From: the human T2T-CHM13v2.0 reference genome, Homo sapiens
DNA length: 64,000 nucleotides
Strand: one strand, 5' to 3'
NCBI RefSeq assembly: GCF_009914755.1
Contig: NC_060947.1
Below the pieces are notes generated by a model. It was given only the letters and a program-made list of their open reading frames with translations, was not told where the DNA came from and did no database searches. Position numbers and translations under genes: made by a program. Shown one piece after another: positions 18,945 to 34,206 of the stretch; the stretch's first letter is position 1, and the number at the start of each line of letters is the position of its first letter.

Positions 18945-21076
18945 GCATGGATGGCTGCAGTCAAAAAAAGAGAGCTTGTGCAGGGAAACTTTGCCTTATA
19001 AAGCCATCATGTCTCATGAGAGTTACTCACTATCACCAGAAGAGCACAAGAAAAACCTGCCCCCATGATTCAATTACCTCCCACTTGGTGTCTCCCACAA
19101 CATGTGAGAATTCAGGATGAGATTTGGGTGGGGACACAGCCAAACCATATCATTCCACCCCTGGCCCCTCCCAAATCTCATGTCCTTACATTTCAAAACC
19201 AATCATGCCTTCCCAACAGTCCCCCAAAGTCTTAACTCATTGCAGCATTAACTCAATAGTTCATAGTCCAATGTCTCATCTGAGACAAAACAAGTCCCTT
19301 CTGCCTATGAGCCTGTAAAATCAAAAGCAAGTTAGTTACTTCCTAGATACAATATGGTACAGGCATTGGGTAAATACAGCCATTTCAAATGGGAGAAATT
19401 GGCCAAAACAAAGGGGCTACAGGCCCTATGCAAGTCCAAAATCCTGTGGGACAGTCAAATCTTAAAGCTCCAAAATGATCTCCTTTGACTCCATGTCTCA
19501 CATCCAGGTCACGCTGATGCAAGAGGTGGATTCCCATGGTCTTGGGCAGCTCTGCCCCTGTGGCTTTACAGGGTATAGCCTCCCTCACATCTGCTTTCAC
19601 AGGCTGGCATTGAATGTCTGCAGCTTTTCAGGTGCCTAGTGCAAGGTGTCGGTGGAACTACCATTCTGGGGTCTGGAGGACGTTGGCCCCTTTCTCATAG
19701 CTCCACTAGATGGTGCCCCAGTAGGGACTCTGTGTGGGGGCTCTGATTCCACATTTCCCTTCTGCACTGCACTAGCAGAGGTTCTTCATGAGAACCCTGC
19801 CCCTGCAGCAAACTTTTGCCTGTACTTCCAGGCATTTCCATACATCTTCTGAGATTTAGGCAGAGGTTCCCAAACCCCAGTTCTTGACTTCTGTGTACTG
19901 GCAGGCTCAACACCAGGGGGAAGCTGCCAAGGCTTGATGCTTATACCCTCTGAAGCCAGTATAGAGCCAAGGTCTACATTGGCTCTTTTCAGCCACAACT
20001 GGAGTCGTTGGGAAGCAGGGCACCAAGTCCCTAGGCTGCACAGCACAGGGTTCCTGGGCTCAGCCCACAAAACCACTTTTTCCTCCTAGGCCTCTGGGCC
20101 TCTGATGAGAGGGACTGCCATGAAGACATGCCCTGGAGACATTTTCCCCATTGTCCTGGGGATTAACATTCGACTCCTCTAACTTATGCAAATTTTTGCA
20201 GCTGGCGTGGATTCCTCAGAATATAGGATTTTCCTTTCTATTGCATTTTCAGGCTGCAAATTTTCCAAACTTTTATGCTCTGCTTCCCTTTTAAAACTGA
20301 ATGACTTTAACAGCACCCAACTCACCTCTTGAATGCTTTGCTGCTTATAAATTTCTTCCACCAGAAACCCTAAATCATCTCTCTCAAGTTCAAAGTTCCA
20401 CAAATCCCTAGGGCGGGGGCAAAATGCTGCCAGTCTCTTTGCTAACACATAACAAGAGTCACCTTTGCTCCAGTTCCTGATAGGTTCCTCATCTCCATCT
20501 GAGACCACCTCAGCCTGGATTTCATTGTCCATATCACTATCAGCATTTTGATCAAAGCCATTCAACAAGTCTCTAGGAAGTTCCAAACTTTCCCACATTT
20601 TCCTGTCTTCTTCTGAGCCCTCCAAACTGTTCTAAACTCAGCCTGTTACCCAATTCAAAAGTAGCTTCCACATTTTTGGGTATCTTTTCAGCAGTGCCCA
20701 CTCTTCTGGTACCAGTTTACCATATTAGTTCCTTTTCATGCTGCTAATAGAGACATATGTGAGACTGGGCAATTTACAAAAGAAAGAGGTTTAATGGGAC
20801 TTCAGTTCCACATGGCTGGGGAGGCCTTCCAATCATGGCAGAAGACAAGGAGGAGCAAGTCACACCTTACATGGATGGCAGCAGGCAAAAAAAGAGAGCT
20901 CGTGTAGGGAAACTCCACCTTATAAAGCCATCAGATCCTGTGAGACTTATTTAATCTCACAAGAACAGTTTAGGAAAGACCTGCCCCCATGGTTCAATTA
21001 CCTCCCAACAGCTTCCTCCCACAACACATGGGAATTCAAGATGAGATTTTGGTGGGGACACACCCAAACCATATCA
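18945..21076 (-). mobile_element. THE1 provirus (truncated LTR ~18945-19152, internal region, LTR 20721-21076)
   Basis: Both LTRs end CAAACCATATCA; THE1-int ORF remnant at 20179-20625 (EGSEEDRKMWESLELPRDLLNGFDQNAD). Confidence 0.9.
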
Positions 21077-21219
21077 ATGCAGAAGACAATACAAAAGACA
21101 CATGGTTAAAGAAAAAAATGATTTGATTACCCTTTTTAAAGCACAGTAAGGCAGACTTTATACAGGACCATTGCAATGGGTGTCGAGATAACTGCAATAG
21201 GGTTTTGCAGTAGGGCAAA

Positions 21220-21900
21220 CTGACAAATTGGACTCCATCAAAATTAAAAACGTATGCACTTTGAAAGACATTCCTTAAGAGAAAAAAAAAGACCAGCTAT
21301 AGACTGGGAAAATATACTTGCAAATCACAAATCTGATAGAGGACTTGTTTCCAGAATATATAAAGAACCCTCAAACTTTAACAATAAGAAAATAACTCCA
21401 TTTTGAAAAGATAAAATATTTTAACAGACCTTATTTTAAGAAGATATACACATGGCAAATAGGCACTAGTGTAATGAAAGTTAAAACCACAATACAATAG
21501 ACCCTAGACAGCTATTCAGATGGATAAAACTGAAAAGACTAATCCCACCGAGTTTTGGCAAGGCTGTGCAGCAATTGGAACCCTCATACACTATTGATTG
21601 GTATACAAAATGATCCAAATACTATGGAAAACGGTTTGGCATTTTCTCAAAAAGTTAAACATATGTCCACCATATGATCAAGCCACTCCACTCCAAGAGA
21701 AATGAAAGCATATGTCCATACAAAGACTTGTGCACAAGTTTTTATAGCAGCTTTATTTGTCATAGCCAAAACCTGAAAATAATCCAAAAGTATATCAAGT
21801 GGGTGGATGAACAAAGTATGACATAACCATACAGTGGAGTGAAAGCTAGCAATAAAAATAATGAACTTTTTATCATGCTATGACATTCATATGTCATTAA
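21220..21900 (+). mobile_element. Old L1M 3' fragment
   Basis: Degenerate ORF2 C-terminal and 3' motifs (CATCAAAATTAAAAAC, GCAGCTTTATTTGTCATAGCCAAA). Confidence 0.75.
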
Positions 21901-22059
21901 TATGATTCCATAAATGGAATTATGCACTGTGTATTCTTTTTTTCTTTCAGGCTTCTTTCACACAACATAATTATTTCAAAGAAGTAACTAGTGGCAAGAT
22001 CATGTGGGGACTTTGGATTTTCAGGTTTTGAATGTGGGGGTCATAAGAACTGTTTTCAA

Positions 22060-22365
22060 AACATGATTCTAGTTTCTGTGTTGAATATAATGCAATGGAG
22101 TAAAGGTTAAAGCAAGGATACCAGTTAAGTGTCACTGTAATAGTCCAACTATGGTGAGAAGTGAGAAGTGGTTGCATTCAGAATATATTTTGCAAGGTGA
22201 ATTTGTTGACAGATTGAATATCAGGTATGAGAGAGAAGAGAGTGAAGATTAACGGAGTTTAATGTTTGAATAATGGAGTGAATACTGCTGCATTTTACTG
22301 AGATGGGGAGCACAGAGGGGAAGCAGATTGGAAGTGAAAGAACCAGGCATTTGATTTGAACATTT
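22060..22365. mobile_element. L2 fragment
   Basis: Purine-rich L2-like sequence (CATTTTACTGAGATGGGGAG). Confidence 0.55.
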
Positions 22366-22369
22366 CCAT

Positions 22370-22455
22370 GTACATATGCATACAGCCATACACACACATC
22401 CATATATGTGCAAATATACATATATTCACACACATATACATATATATATAGATAG
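22370..22455. repeat. CATA/TA low-complexity repeat
   Basis: Directly visible. Confidence 0.8.
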
Positions 22456-24397
22456 ATGTTTCAAAAGAGAGCTAGATCTCTGCTCTTGCTTATTGCTCTT
22501 CACAAAGTTGTAAAAAGCTCTTCACATCAGTATACGTAAATAAATACCATTATTTTTAAGGTCCTCACGATATTCCATGGTATGAATAAGCCATAATTTA
22601 TTTAAGCATTTCTCAACTGATAAGCATTTAAGTTGTTTATTAATTTTTCTGTTAATATAATTATTTAATATTTATACTTCTACATGTATCATCATAACTT
22701 TTGTGGGCATTTTGTATGACTTCCACAACCATTTAGGCAGAATTTTCATTATTAACAATTATCTTGAGAGAAAAATTTTTCGTTATTTTTTGTAGCATTA
22801 ACCAAGAGACAAAATATCTGACTATATCATATTCCAACCAGGAACAAGAGACCACTCTGGGTCTTTCAAACAAAGGGAATTTAATACTGGCCTTTGTTAG
22901 TCAGAAGATGAATGTACTGAGAAGCCAAATAGAAAAAAGTGAGGCAACTTCAGAGATAAGAAATGACAGGAAGCCATATTGCCCCTATGGAAGAGTGACA
23001 AAGGATAAGGAGCTATTATTACCAGAGCCCAGAAACTGGGGCTACCACTGCAAGGGCCTAGAACCAAGGCTGGAATGGGACCATAGAGGAGGAAACCATT
23101 AGTGGCAGACGAAGCCAGGCAGAAGAATCGGCCATTGTTAGAGATACTAGAGAAAGCACAGAGATGGGAAGAAGTACTCTGTCTTCTTCCCTGTTCATAC
23201 TCCAGCACCTCAGATTTATTCAACCTGCTCAGAAAGGAAAGGGCAAAGATGCCTAGGATAGACAACTGGTTTTGATACAGAATAAAACAAGGAAATAAGT
23301 TCTATACCAATCGACTAAAGCATGGATAAAGGCAAATATTATAATTAATGGCTAGCTGTACCCAAATATGCAGAATGAAGAATTCATCAAACTTTTCCAT
23401 AAATAGATTAGTTCATGTTTATAGATCGGTGTTCTACTTAATGATTTGATTTCTGAGATTCTTAATACCAGGAAAATAGTGTCCTACGGAGTAAATATCA
23501 ACATTCCTATATTGGCAAGTTCCCCTAACAATTATGAATTAATAAAGAGCCATTAGAATTTTTAACACAAAAACTGAAACTGAGGAAAGAAGAAAAGGAT
23601 GAAAGAAAGAACAGAAAAAAAATAATTATAACATAACATGTCGTTACAGAATTTATTTTCTTGGCTAGATTCTTTGGGGAATTACTCTGGTGCCCAAATT
23701 ACTATATTCCCAAATATGGACTAACATCACCTCCCAAGAAAGAATGATTGTGACTGATTTGGAGATGGAGTTCCCTGAGGCCTTAATTTGGATTGCCATG
23801 CCTAATGTGTTGGTACTTGCCAAAGCTGTTTGACACATAACCTTATTTTGTCTGGAGAATAGTTTGCATAGATAGCTCATCAGTGTTTATTGACAGGCAT
23901 TAAGTTGGTTAGGAACTTGACTGAACAGTATTTTATTTTTCTTGGTTTGGCTACAACAGCCTGCTCACCACATAAGTCATTTTTTTTCTGTAGCCTCATC
24001 TACCATTTTATAATATGGTTGAATGACAGAAAAAGGTTCTCTGTCTAACACTTATAACAACTCCAGACCTGAATTCTATGTGTCTTTCTGATGTTAGTTG
24101 GAAGACTGACTTATTTCTTTACTAAGTGGACAGATATTCCATTATGCAGGGCTTGATGGAGGTTCTATTCATAAGTGTTGAAGGAATTACCTAGTTTTGC
24201 CTTATATACAGCAAGAATCTTACATCAATATAAGCAAACTGTATGTTTGGCAGACCTCTCCTAGCTATTTAGGTATCAAGATGAGACAAAAAAAAAAATG
24301 AAATTCTGCAGAACAGGGAATCTCAAATGCCTGTCTACAAACCTGTGCACAATCAGTGGTCTCATAACCACATGGAAAATTTGTTTCAAAAAGAACC

Positions 24398-26210
24398 GGG
24401 GGAGGCAGGCAGAGCAAGATGGCCAAGTAGATCCCTCCGGTGGTCATCCCTCCACAGGAACACCAAATTGAACAACTGTCTACACAAGAAAGCACCTTAA
24501 TAAGAACCAAAAATCAGGTGAATGATCACAGTACCTGGTTTGAATATTATATCCAGGAAAGAGGAACTGAAGAGGGTAGGAAAGAAAGTCTTGCATTGGC
24601 TACACCACCCCTCCCCCATCACCTCTGAGTGCCACGCGAAGAGAGAATCCATGTGCTTGGGAGAGGGAGAGCAAAGTGATTGTGGGGCTTTGCATTGGAA
24701 TTCAGTGTTGCACTGTCACAGCAGACCACAACACCAGGCAGAATTCTGCCATCACCTACAGAAGGAGCATTTAAACTAGCCCTGGCTAGAGGGATATCCT
24801 CCACTTGAACCATAGAAATCTGAGTTTTGGCTAGCTCCACCACCATCTGACTAAAGTACCCTGGAGTCCTGAGTAAATCTGAAAGGTAGTCAGGCCGCAG
24901 GACTGCAATCTTTAAGTTAGTCTAGGTGCTGTGCTGGGCTTGGAGCCAGTAGAATTGGAGTGCACACAACCCAGTTAGACACCAGTTGTGGCAACCAAGG
25001 GAGTGCTTGCATCACTCCTACCCTAACTCCTGACAGTGCAGGTGAGGAGAGACTTCTGCTTATGGAAAGGAGAGGGAAAAGTAGAGGATTTTGTCTTGTA
25101 ACTTGGGTATTAGCTCAGCCACAGTGAAATACACCACAAAGCAGATTCCTAAAGCCCACAATTCTAAGCCCCAGCTCCTGGAAAGCACTTCTGGACCCAC
25201 CCTGAGCCAGAACAGAACCTGCTGCTCAGAAAAGAAAGATCCAGTCCTCGCAGGATTTACCACCTGCTATCTAAAGAGGCCTTGGGCCTTGAATAAACAT
25301 AAGTGGTAGCCAGGCAGTAGTTACTATGGGTCTTGGGCAAGACCCAATACTATGCTGGCTTCAGGTGTGACCTAGAGCGTCACAGCTCTGGTGGCCATGG
25401 GGGTGCTTGCATCACCCTTCCCCCAATTCCAGGCAGCCCAACACAAAGAAAGAGTCCTTCTGTTTGGTGGAACATGAGGGGAGAGAACAAGAGACTCTGC
25501 CTGGTAAACCAGGGAAATCTCCCAGATCTTACCCAAGCCCACCAAGGTGATACAAGTCTGCAAGAGTTGTAGTGTTACTGAGTGTGGGGCACCCTCTAGT
25601 GTAGTGACCAAAAACTTAGATCACAAGGCTCAATTCCCTTTGAATACCTGGAAAGCCTTCTCAACAAGGATGAGTACAAACAAGCCCAGGATGTGAATAT
25701 TTGAATAAATATATAACTCCTCAATGCCCATACATTGACGAACATCTACGAGCATCAAGAACATCCAGGAAAATGTGACTTCACCAAACAAACTAAATAA
25801 GACAGCAGTAGCTGATCCAGGAATGACAGAGATGTGTGACCTTTCAGACAGAGAATTCAAAATAGCTGTTTTGATGAAGCTCAATAAACTTCAAGAGAAC
25901 ACAGAGAAAAAAGTCAGAATCCTATCACAGAAATTTAAGACAGACATAGAAATAATTTTTAAAAATCAAGCTGAAACTCGAGCTGAAATATTCAATTAAC
26001 AAACTGAAAAATACATCAGAGATTTTCTGCAGCAGAATTAATCAAGCAGAAGAAAGAATTTGTGAACTTGAAGACATGCTATTTGAAAACATGCACTCAG
26101 AGGGGACAAAAGAATAAAGAATAAAAAAGAAAGAAACATACCTACAAGATCTAGAAAATAGCCTCAAAAGGGCAAAGCTAAGAGTTATTAGCATTAAAGA
26201 GGAGGTAGAT
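24398..26210 (+). mobile_element. Older L1 (L1PB/L1MA-type) 5'UTR plus start of ORF1, 3'-truncated
   Basis: GGGGGAGGCAGGCAGAGCAAGATGGCC start; ORF 25775-25999 (MTSPNKLNK...DLSDREFKIAVL) is ORF1-like. Confidence 0.85.
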
Positions 26211-26424
26211 ACCTGTATGTCATCAAATTTGGAGAGATTTCAACCATTATTTCTTCAAGTAGCTTTCTTCCTCTTTTTCTCTCCTTGCCCTCTGGACTCC
26301 TATTATGCATATATTAATATGCTTGATTGTGTCACATAGGTCTCTAAGATTGTGTTTATTTTTCTTCATTTTTTCTATTCCTCAGATTCAGCACTCTCAA
26401 TTGACCTATTGATGTGTTTTTTAT

Positions 26425-27042
26425 TGTTGTAGTTCTTTCTAGTTTGGTCTTGATGTCTCTCTGCTGAGAGTGGCCTTAGGCCAAGATAACCACTCTCTAA
26501 GTGATCCCTGACTGGGAGAAAGTTAGGTTCAGGTGTGTTAGTCAGGTGAGACAGAATTAGGAGGTAAAACCAAAATACATGAAATAGATAAATTTTATTA
26601 TTTACAGATCCCAGAGAGATTGGGGGTGCTGATGGGGAGTGGGAGGAGACAGGAAATTTGGAGGCAGCAGGGAGTTCAACCAGCAGGTAGGGAGAAAGAG
26701 CGAGAAAGAGTACGTATGGGACTATGCCTTTATTAAGGTCCATGGGCGTTATCCTTTAGGATTTCCCATAGGGAGTGTGGATTGGTTTGTTTAAAGAAAG
26801 CACACAAAAAGGGGGGAACTTATTGACATGACTGGTGTCAACCATTAGATTTTATCATGGTCAGCTGCTGTGGGGTGTGTTGGGTTTTGTGTCAGTGAAA
26901 TGAGGAATGAATAGGCTATATCACAAACAATCACATAAGGAGGGGAAATTTTAACTAGAGCAAAGGGGATGGAGTATGACTGGTTTTCAAATAATTTATG
27001 TCAGGCCCCAAAATGAATGCCCAAGAAGCAAATATATTAAAC
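26425..27042 (-). mobile_element. ERVL-class LTR (MER54/MER73/MER74-group-like)
   Basis: Its reverse complement TGTTTAATAT...GCATTCATTTTGGGGCCTGAC...CAAGACCAAACTAGAAAG matches the element at 58749-59345. The family name is tentative. Confidence 0.6.
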
Positions 27043-27290
27043 AAATGTATGACGCTTATATTTAAGTTCACTGGTACTTTTTCTGTCTCCTAAAATCTGC
27101 TGTTGAGTCCCTCTAGTATTTTTTTTTTTCATTTCACTTACTGTACTTTTCAACTTCAGAATTTCTTTTTTGTATATTTTCCCTTTGTCAATATTCTTTA
27201 TTTGGTGATACATCACTCCCACATTTTTTCCGTCATTCTTTAGATATGGTTTCTGTTAGTTCTTTGAACATGTAGAAAATAACTGATATA

Positions 27291-27618
<328 letters not shown>

Positions 27619-27949
27619 TTATTTTATTTAATACTTATTAATCTTGTGTTTGGGGCATACTTTCTTGTCTCTGTGCATGTCATAAAGATTTTGTTGAAAA
27701 CTGGACATTTTGAAAAATACAAATTGTCAGGTTTGGAAATCAGATTCTCCTCCAATGTTTGTTGCTATTGTGTTTAGGTCCTTTCCTGAATTTATTCTAT
27801 TAAGTCTATATTCTTTGTCACCTGTGGCCATTATACTCTGTGCTTGGCTAGCTTAGTGGTCAACTAATTATTGAACAGACTTTTTCTTAAATTCCTGGAA
27901 CCAGTAAAAAAGATATAAAGTAATCATAACAAGTTATTAATTCAAAAGG

Positions 27950-29010
<1,061 letters not shown>

Positions 29011-29755
29011 TAACACATTTTGATTCTGAAGTTTTCAAGCTCATTTTTTTAACAAATACATTAAAATCATAGATTCATTTAAATGATAATATAATAAAAG
29101 CAAAACATTTTATTCACTTAACATGTAAATCAGAATTCACTACTTGGAAGAAATATGTTGATAAGCTGTTGGGGGTGAATCCTCAAGGTGTATGCTGAAG
29201 TGCAAAAATTGGTCCCTTAGATGACCTTCTAAGACGAGCAGGTCCGTATAAATGTGGGGCCCTTTTAATTTGAGCATTTTGGATAAACATCTTTGCAAAG
29301 ATGTTTAGGGTATGATCAAAGAGAAAAGTATTTGAAAGTGATATAGGTGAATGTAATCCAAGAGAGGTAGGAGACAGAAGCTTCCCACTGTGTAAAGAAC
29401 TAAGGAATACAGAATCTCATAGGCAGGTTGGCCAAGAAGGGTCTTTGGAAAATGAAATGTCTAATATGAGTTTTTAGTGGATTGCTGTGTGCCCTCCTCA
29501 TGTTCCCACAAAACCCAAAGGCTACTAATACAAATCATGATATGGTTGGTATGCTTAAACTTCTGAAAATCAAAGCTGGTGTCAAGCTGTGTATCCTGTT
29601 AGACCTGTCCCTGAAACACTGCTAGCACACACGGACTGGAGGACAATTGAAAATTGGGATACTTATATTTGCCAAGCTATTAGCAAATACTTATATTTGC
29701 AAATACTTATATATTGGCAAATACTTATATTTGCCAAGCTATTAGATAATATTTC

Positions 29756-30083
29756 TTTTCTTTTTCTTTTTCTTTTTCTTTTTTTTTTTTTTTTTTGAGA
29801 CAGAGTCTCACTCTATTCTGTTGCCCATGCTGGAGTGCAGAGGCGTGATCTCAGCTCACTGCAACCTCCACCCCCCGGGTTGAAGTGATTCTCTCTTGCC
29901 TCAGCCTCCCAAGTGGCTGGGATTAAAGGCGCCTCCCACTGCACCCAGCTGATTTTTGTATTTTTAGTAGAGATAGAGTTTCACCATCTTGGCCAGGCTG
30001 GTCTTGAACTCCTGACCTTGTGATCTACCCACCTCGGCCTCCCAAAGTACAGGGATTACAGGCGTGAGCCACCGTGCCTGGCC
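29756..30083 (-). mobile_element. AluS
   Basis: Full Alu; perfect TSD GATAATATTTC at 29745-29755 and 30084-30094. Confidence 0.95.
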
Positions 30084-30311
30084 GATAATATTTCATTTCA
30101 CAAACCATCTTGATAACTTGGCCAGCTTGCCTCACTTCCTCATAGAAATTGTCAGGTCTGTAGTACATAAAGTGAAATGCATGTTTGTCCAAATATAATC
30201 AAGATGAAATTTTTAAATTTTCCACAGTCCACTGATCAAAGGCAAAGCCTCTCTTCCTTGATAAACAGAATCTTCTCAAATTTCTTTTCACTCATCTTAT
30301 ACTTGGGCTCT

Positions 30312-30615
<304 letters not shown>

Positions 30616-31399
30616 AACATAACTGGGCTCTAATGCATCATGTTTCATCATCTTTTTTTTTAAACATTAGCCAAGACATAAAGTTTTACCATGTCTCATG
30701 AAAACAGCTCCCTCAACTTTCATCTCAATATTTCTCACATTAGATCTAATCCATTGGCTGACCAGAGAGGGGACAGATATCATGATATCTCCTTCTATCA
30801 TCACTGTCTTTATCCTCCGTCAAGTCCCTGTACACAATCCAAAAGTCCTCTGCTCTACTCTATTGAAAAACAAAATCTCCCATATTAAATAAGTACAGAA
30901 AAGAGATAAGAGGATAGAAAACCCTCCCTCTCAACAAAGCCTGGATTTCAAGAGGAAAACATTTCCTTCAAGTTCAGTCCTAAAATCTCTCACATTAGGG
31001 ACTCATTCTAATCCCTCTTGAACATTATGAATATATTAACTGATCATATCTTTGAATTTCTGCTCTAACTATCCTAAATCTTACCAGACACATGTATGCA
31101 TCTTCTAGAATAAGAGGGAGACTGGTGCAAGGCAAAGAAAAAATTATATTAAGATACATCAAAAAGTGTTCTGCTGGTTATAATAGTGTGTGATTTCCTA
31201 AAATGATGACTTTGAACCAGATATCACTAAATCTTTAATATATATTTTGGATGATTATGTACGTAATTACCCATACTACTTTACTTTTTCATGTTACAAT
31301 GCATTATTATTTAGAGAAATTATGTTAGTCAAAATCTCGTAAACCTGACAACTTCTATTGTATTTTTGCCTTTGGTCTCAGAGCAGTGCCCGTATCACC

Positions 31400-32240
31400 C
31401 ATTCCAAATCGATGTTCCTCACTGTTACCAGAGTGATGTTTCTATAACACTAATCATATAATTCTAGAGTTGAAACTCCTTAAATGAATTCCTTCTCCAT
31501 CATTGACACTTATGTCTTCAACCATCACATGCTTATGACCTCCAAAACTTCAGCTCAACTCTTTCTGCTATATTACAGACCCATATTCAACCGTCTACTG
31601 GATGGATACACTCAGCTGGAAGTCGACACGTTCAAATCTAACCACTGATTGTTTGTCCACCATACTAAACAATTTTAAGTTCTCAAAATGCATTTATACT
31701 TTTGCAAATGCCATCAACTCTGGAAGGAAGTTCCAACCCTACGACTACCAACTCTCACTCCTATGTCCTTTCCTTACTGCCCCTTATAGCAACCTGTGGG
31801 TCCATTAATAACATTCTTTAACATATATTGAGTGATTTGTGCCCAATGCTTTAAATGGATTATCTCATTGCATTTTCAAAACAACCCTATGAGATGGATA
31901 CTATTATTATCATCATTGTACATATGAGAAAACTAAGACTGAAAGAGTAAGTATTTTTGCTTATGTCGTATAATGGATAAAACCAGGGATGGGAATCCAA
32001 ACAGACAGCCAAACTCCAGAGCCAGAGAACTCAGCCCCAATACTATACTGTCCACCCTTTACATAATACATATCATATATCACATTTCCTATAATTGTGA
32101 TTTTACTTATATGTCTTCCGAACTAAATTCTGAACAATTTGAGAGAAGAGACAATGACCATCTTGTTCACCACTTTATCCACTGTCCCATGAACAATTCC
32201 TAACACACAATAAATGCTCAATCAATGTGTGTTGAGTGTA
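31400..32240. mobile_element. L2 fragments with an internal MIR (~31810-32050)
   Basis: MIR core (AACAACCCTATGAG...ATGAGAAAACTAAG); L2 3' end (TAAATGCTCAATCAATG). Confidence 0.6.
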
Positions 32241-32989
32241 TAATTGTAGAGTTGAATCAATGAGTGGCTCCCTTTAATTGTTTCTAGGCAATCCTGCTTA
32301 ATGTAGCACTTAGTTAGCTTGAATCTACAAAAAACAAAACAAAGCACAAACCTTTAAGCTAACAGCTTAGTTACATATTCTTTTCACTTTCTTTGGGTCT
32401 TCAATTTTGTATGTCATCAAATTACAAAAAGTATCATCTATTATGCATTTTATAATTTTATGGTGGTTATGATACATTATCAGCCAGAGAATAAAATGAC
32501 TAGTAATAGACAGCTAAAGATTGATTCAATAATAAGAATCTCCAAACAAATATTAAGTGCAAACAAAAAATAAGCTTTAGAACTAGCATACAACTTTTAG
32601 AGATTATGTGTTAAAAGTCATACATTACTGACACCCAGTGGAAATCAGATGTAAAGCAAGCTTGGTTTATGTAATGATTTTCATTTCCAACTATAAAATT
32701 AGTGGTTAGACTATCTTTATTTGCATCTACTTTCATTTTATGCTTTAAATTTATAATTTCACATTTCATATACATAACAGTCATCTTAGAATTTTTTGGG
32801 AAGTCCAGAAATTTCAAAGAAAAATATTGTTTATTAAACTATCACCAAGAAGCAACAACTCCAATATTTTAAACACAATTTTAAACTGGGTTCCCTACAA
32901 CAATTGTGTTTTAGAGGAAGTATCCCGACATATTGCCTATGTCTTTAGTACATGAAAAGTTATATTCATATAATATTAAAACTATGAGT

Positions 32990-33100
32990 AGCTGGTGATG
33001 GAGTCTGTACTCCAAACCTCAGCATCACATAATATTCCCATATAAGAAATCTGTACATGTATCCTCTCTATCTAAAATAAAAGTTGAAATAAAAATAAAC
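32990..33100 (+). mobile_element. L1MA 3' end
   Basis: AAACCTCAGCATCAC...TCTAAAATAAAAGTTGAAAT. Confidence 0.75.
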
Positions 33101-33858
33101 ATTTTTAAATGGAAAAATAAGAAAAAGTAGGTTTTATATTTTTATAAGATACTATACAAAAATAAAAATGAACTACAGCCATATTCAGATATATGTATGG
33201 AACTTGCAAACATAATTAAATTAGTCCAACATAAGACAGTGAATTCTGTATGATGCCATTTAAATAAAGTTTAAAAACAACCAAAAAATACTATGAGGGA
33301 AGCAAACAGTAGAGGAAGTTGTATTCATTTCATGTAAGTACCATCTAATAATATTTTGCATTTTCCTAGTGCTTTAATCTTTACAAACCATTTTAAATGC
33401 CTTATACAATACTTCAATATAACACAAGAAGGTTTCTTCTTTTTCTTATAATACAAAACAGGAAGTTCTCTCCTTTTTTGATATAATTAATATGCAAGCA
33501 TTAAACAAGCGAATCAACAGTCCCCTCTAATATTCTCATGTCTTGATTGTTTAACTGCCAAAAGCACTGTATCATTTTGCTGCTGGTGAAGTACATAAAA
33601 ATTCCTAAAATGACAACAGGAGATCACGAACACCATTGTCCTGAATCTTGCCTCTTGCAAAAGGTTCAAGCAAAGTATTTTGCTACATTTAATGTTCAGG
33701 TGAACTTGTCAACTGAAAATCAAAACCACATTCACAAGACAGCTGGAAGAAATGTGTATTTTGCACTGGTAGATAGCCAAAAGAAATGAGAACTTCTGCT
33801 TTGATGTTTTAGCTTTAAATGAATCTCATAGTGATCGTAGGCCTCAGCATAGCGGTTC

Positions 33859-34162
33859 TTTTTTGAGATGGAGTCTCGCTCTGTCACCGAGGCTGGAGTG
33901 CAGTGGTGCGATCTCGGCTCGGTGCGATCTCGGCTCACTGCAAGCTCCGTCTGCTGGGTTCAGGCCATTCTCCTGCCTCACCCTCCCGAGCAGCTGGGAC
34001 TACAGGCGCCTGCCACCACGCCTGGCTAATTTTTTGTATTTTTTAGTAGAGACGGGGTTTCACCATGTTAGCCAGGATGGTCTCGATCTTCTGACTTCGT
34101 GATCCGCCCAACTCGGCCTCCCAAAGTGCTGGGATTACAGGCGTGAGCCACCGCGCCGGGCT
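33859..34162 (-). mobile_element. AluY with very short tail and a small internal duplication
   Basis: CpG-rich Alu; TSD AGCATAGCGGTTCTTTTT at 33846 and 34163; GGTGCGATCTCGGCTC occurs twice. Confidence 0.95.
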
Positions 34163-34171
34163 AGCATAGCG

Positions 34172-34175
<4 letters not shown>

Positions 34176-34206
<31 letters not shown>

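Noticed and set aside
20179-20625. 148-aa acidic ORF
   Set aside because: Ordinary THE1-int ORF remnant.
23290-24390. Unique stretch as possible coding exons
   Set aside because: No recognisable protein similarity or convincing splice-site pair by eye.
29659-29745. CRISPR-like short repeat array
   Set aside because: Eukaryotic context and no unique spacers of regular length.
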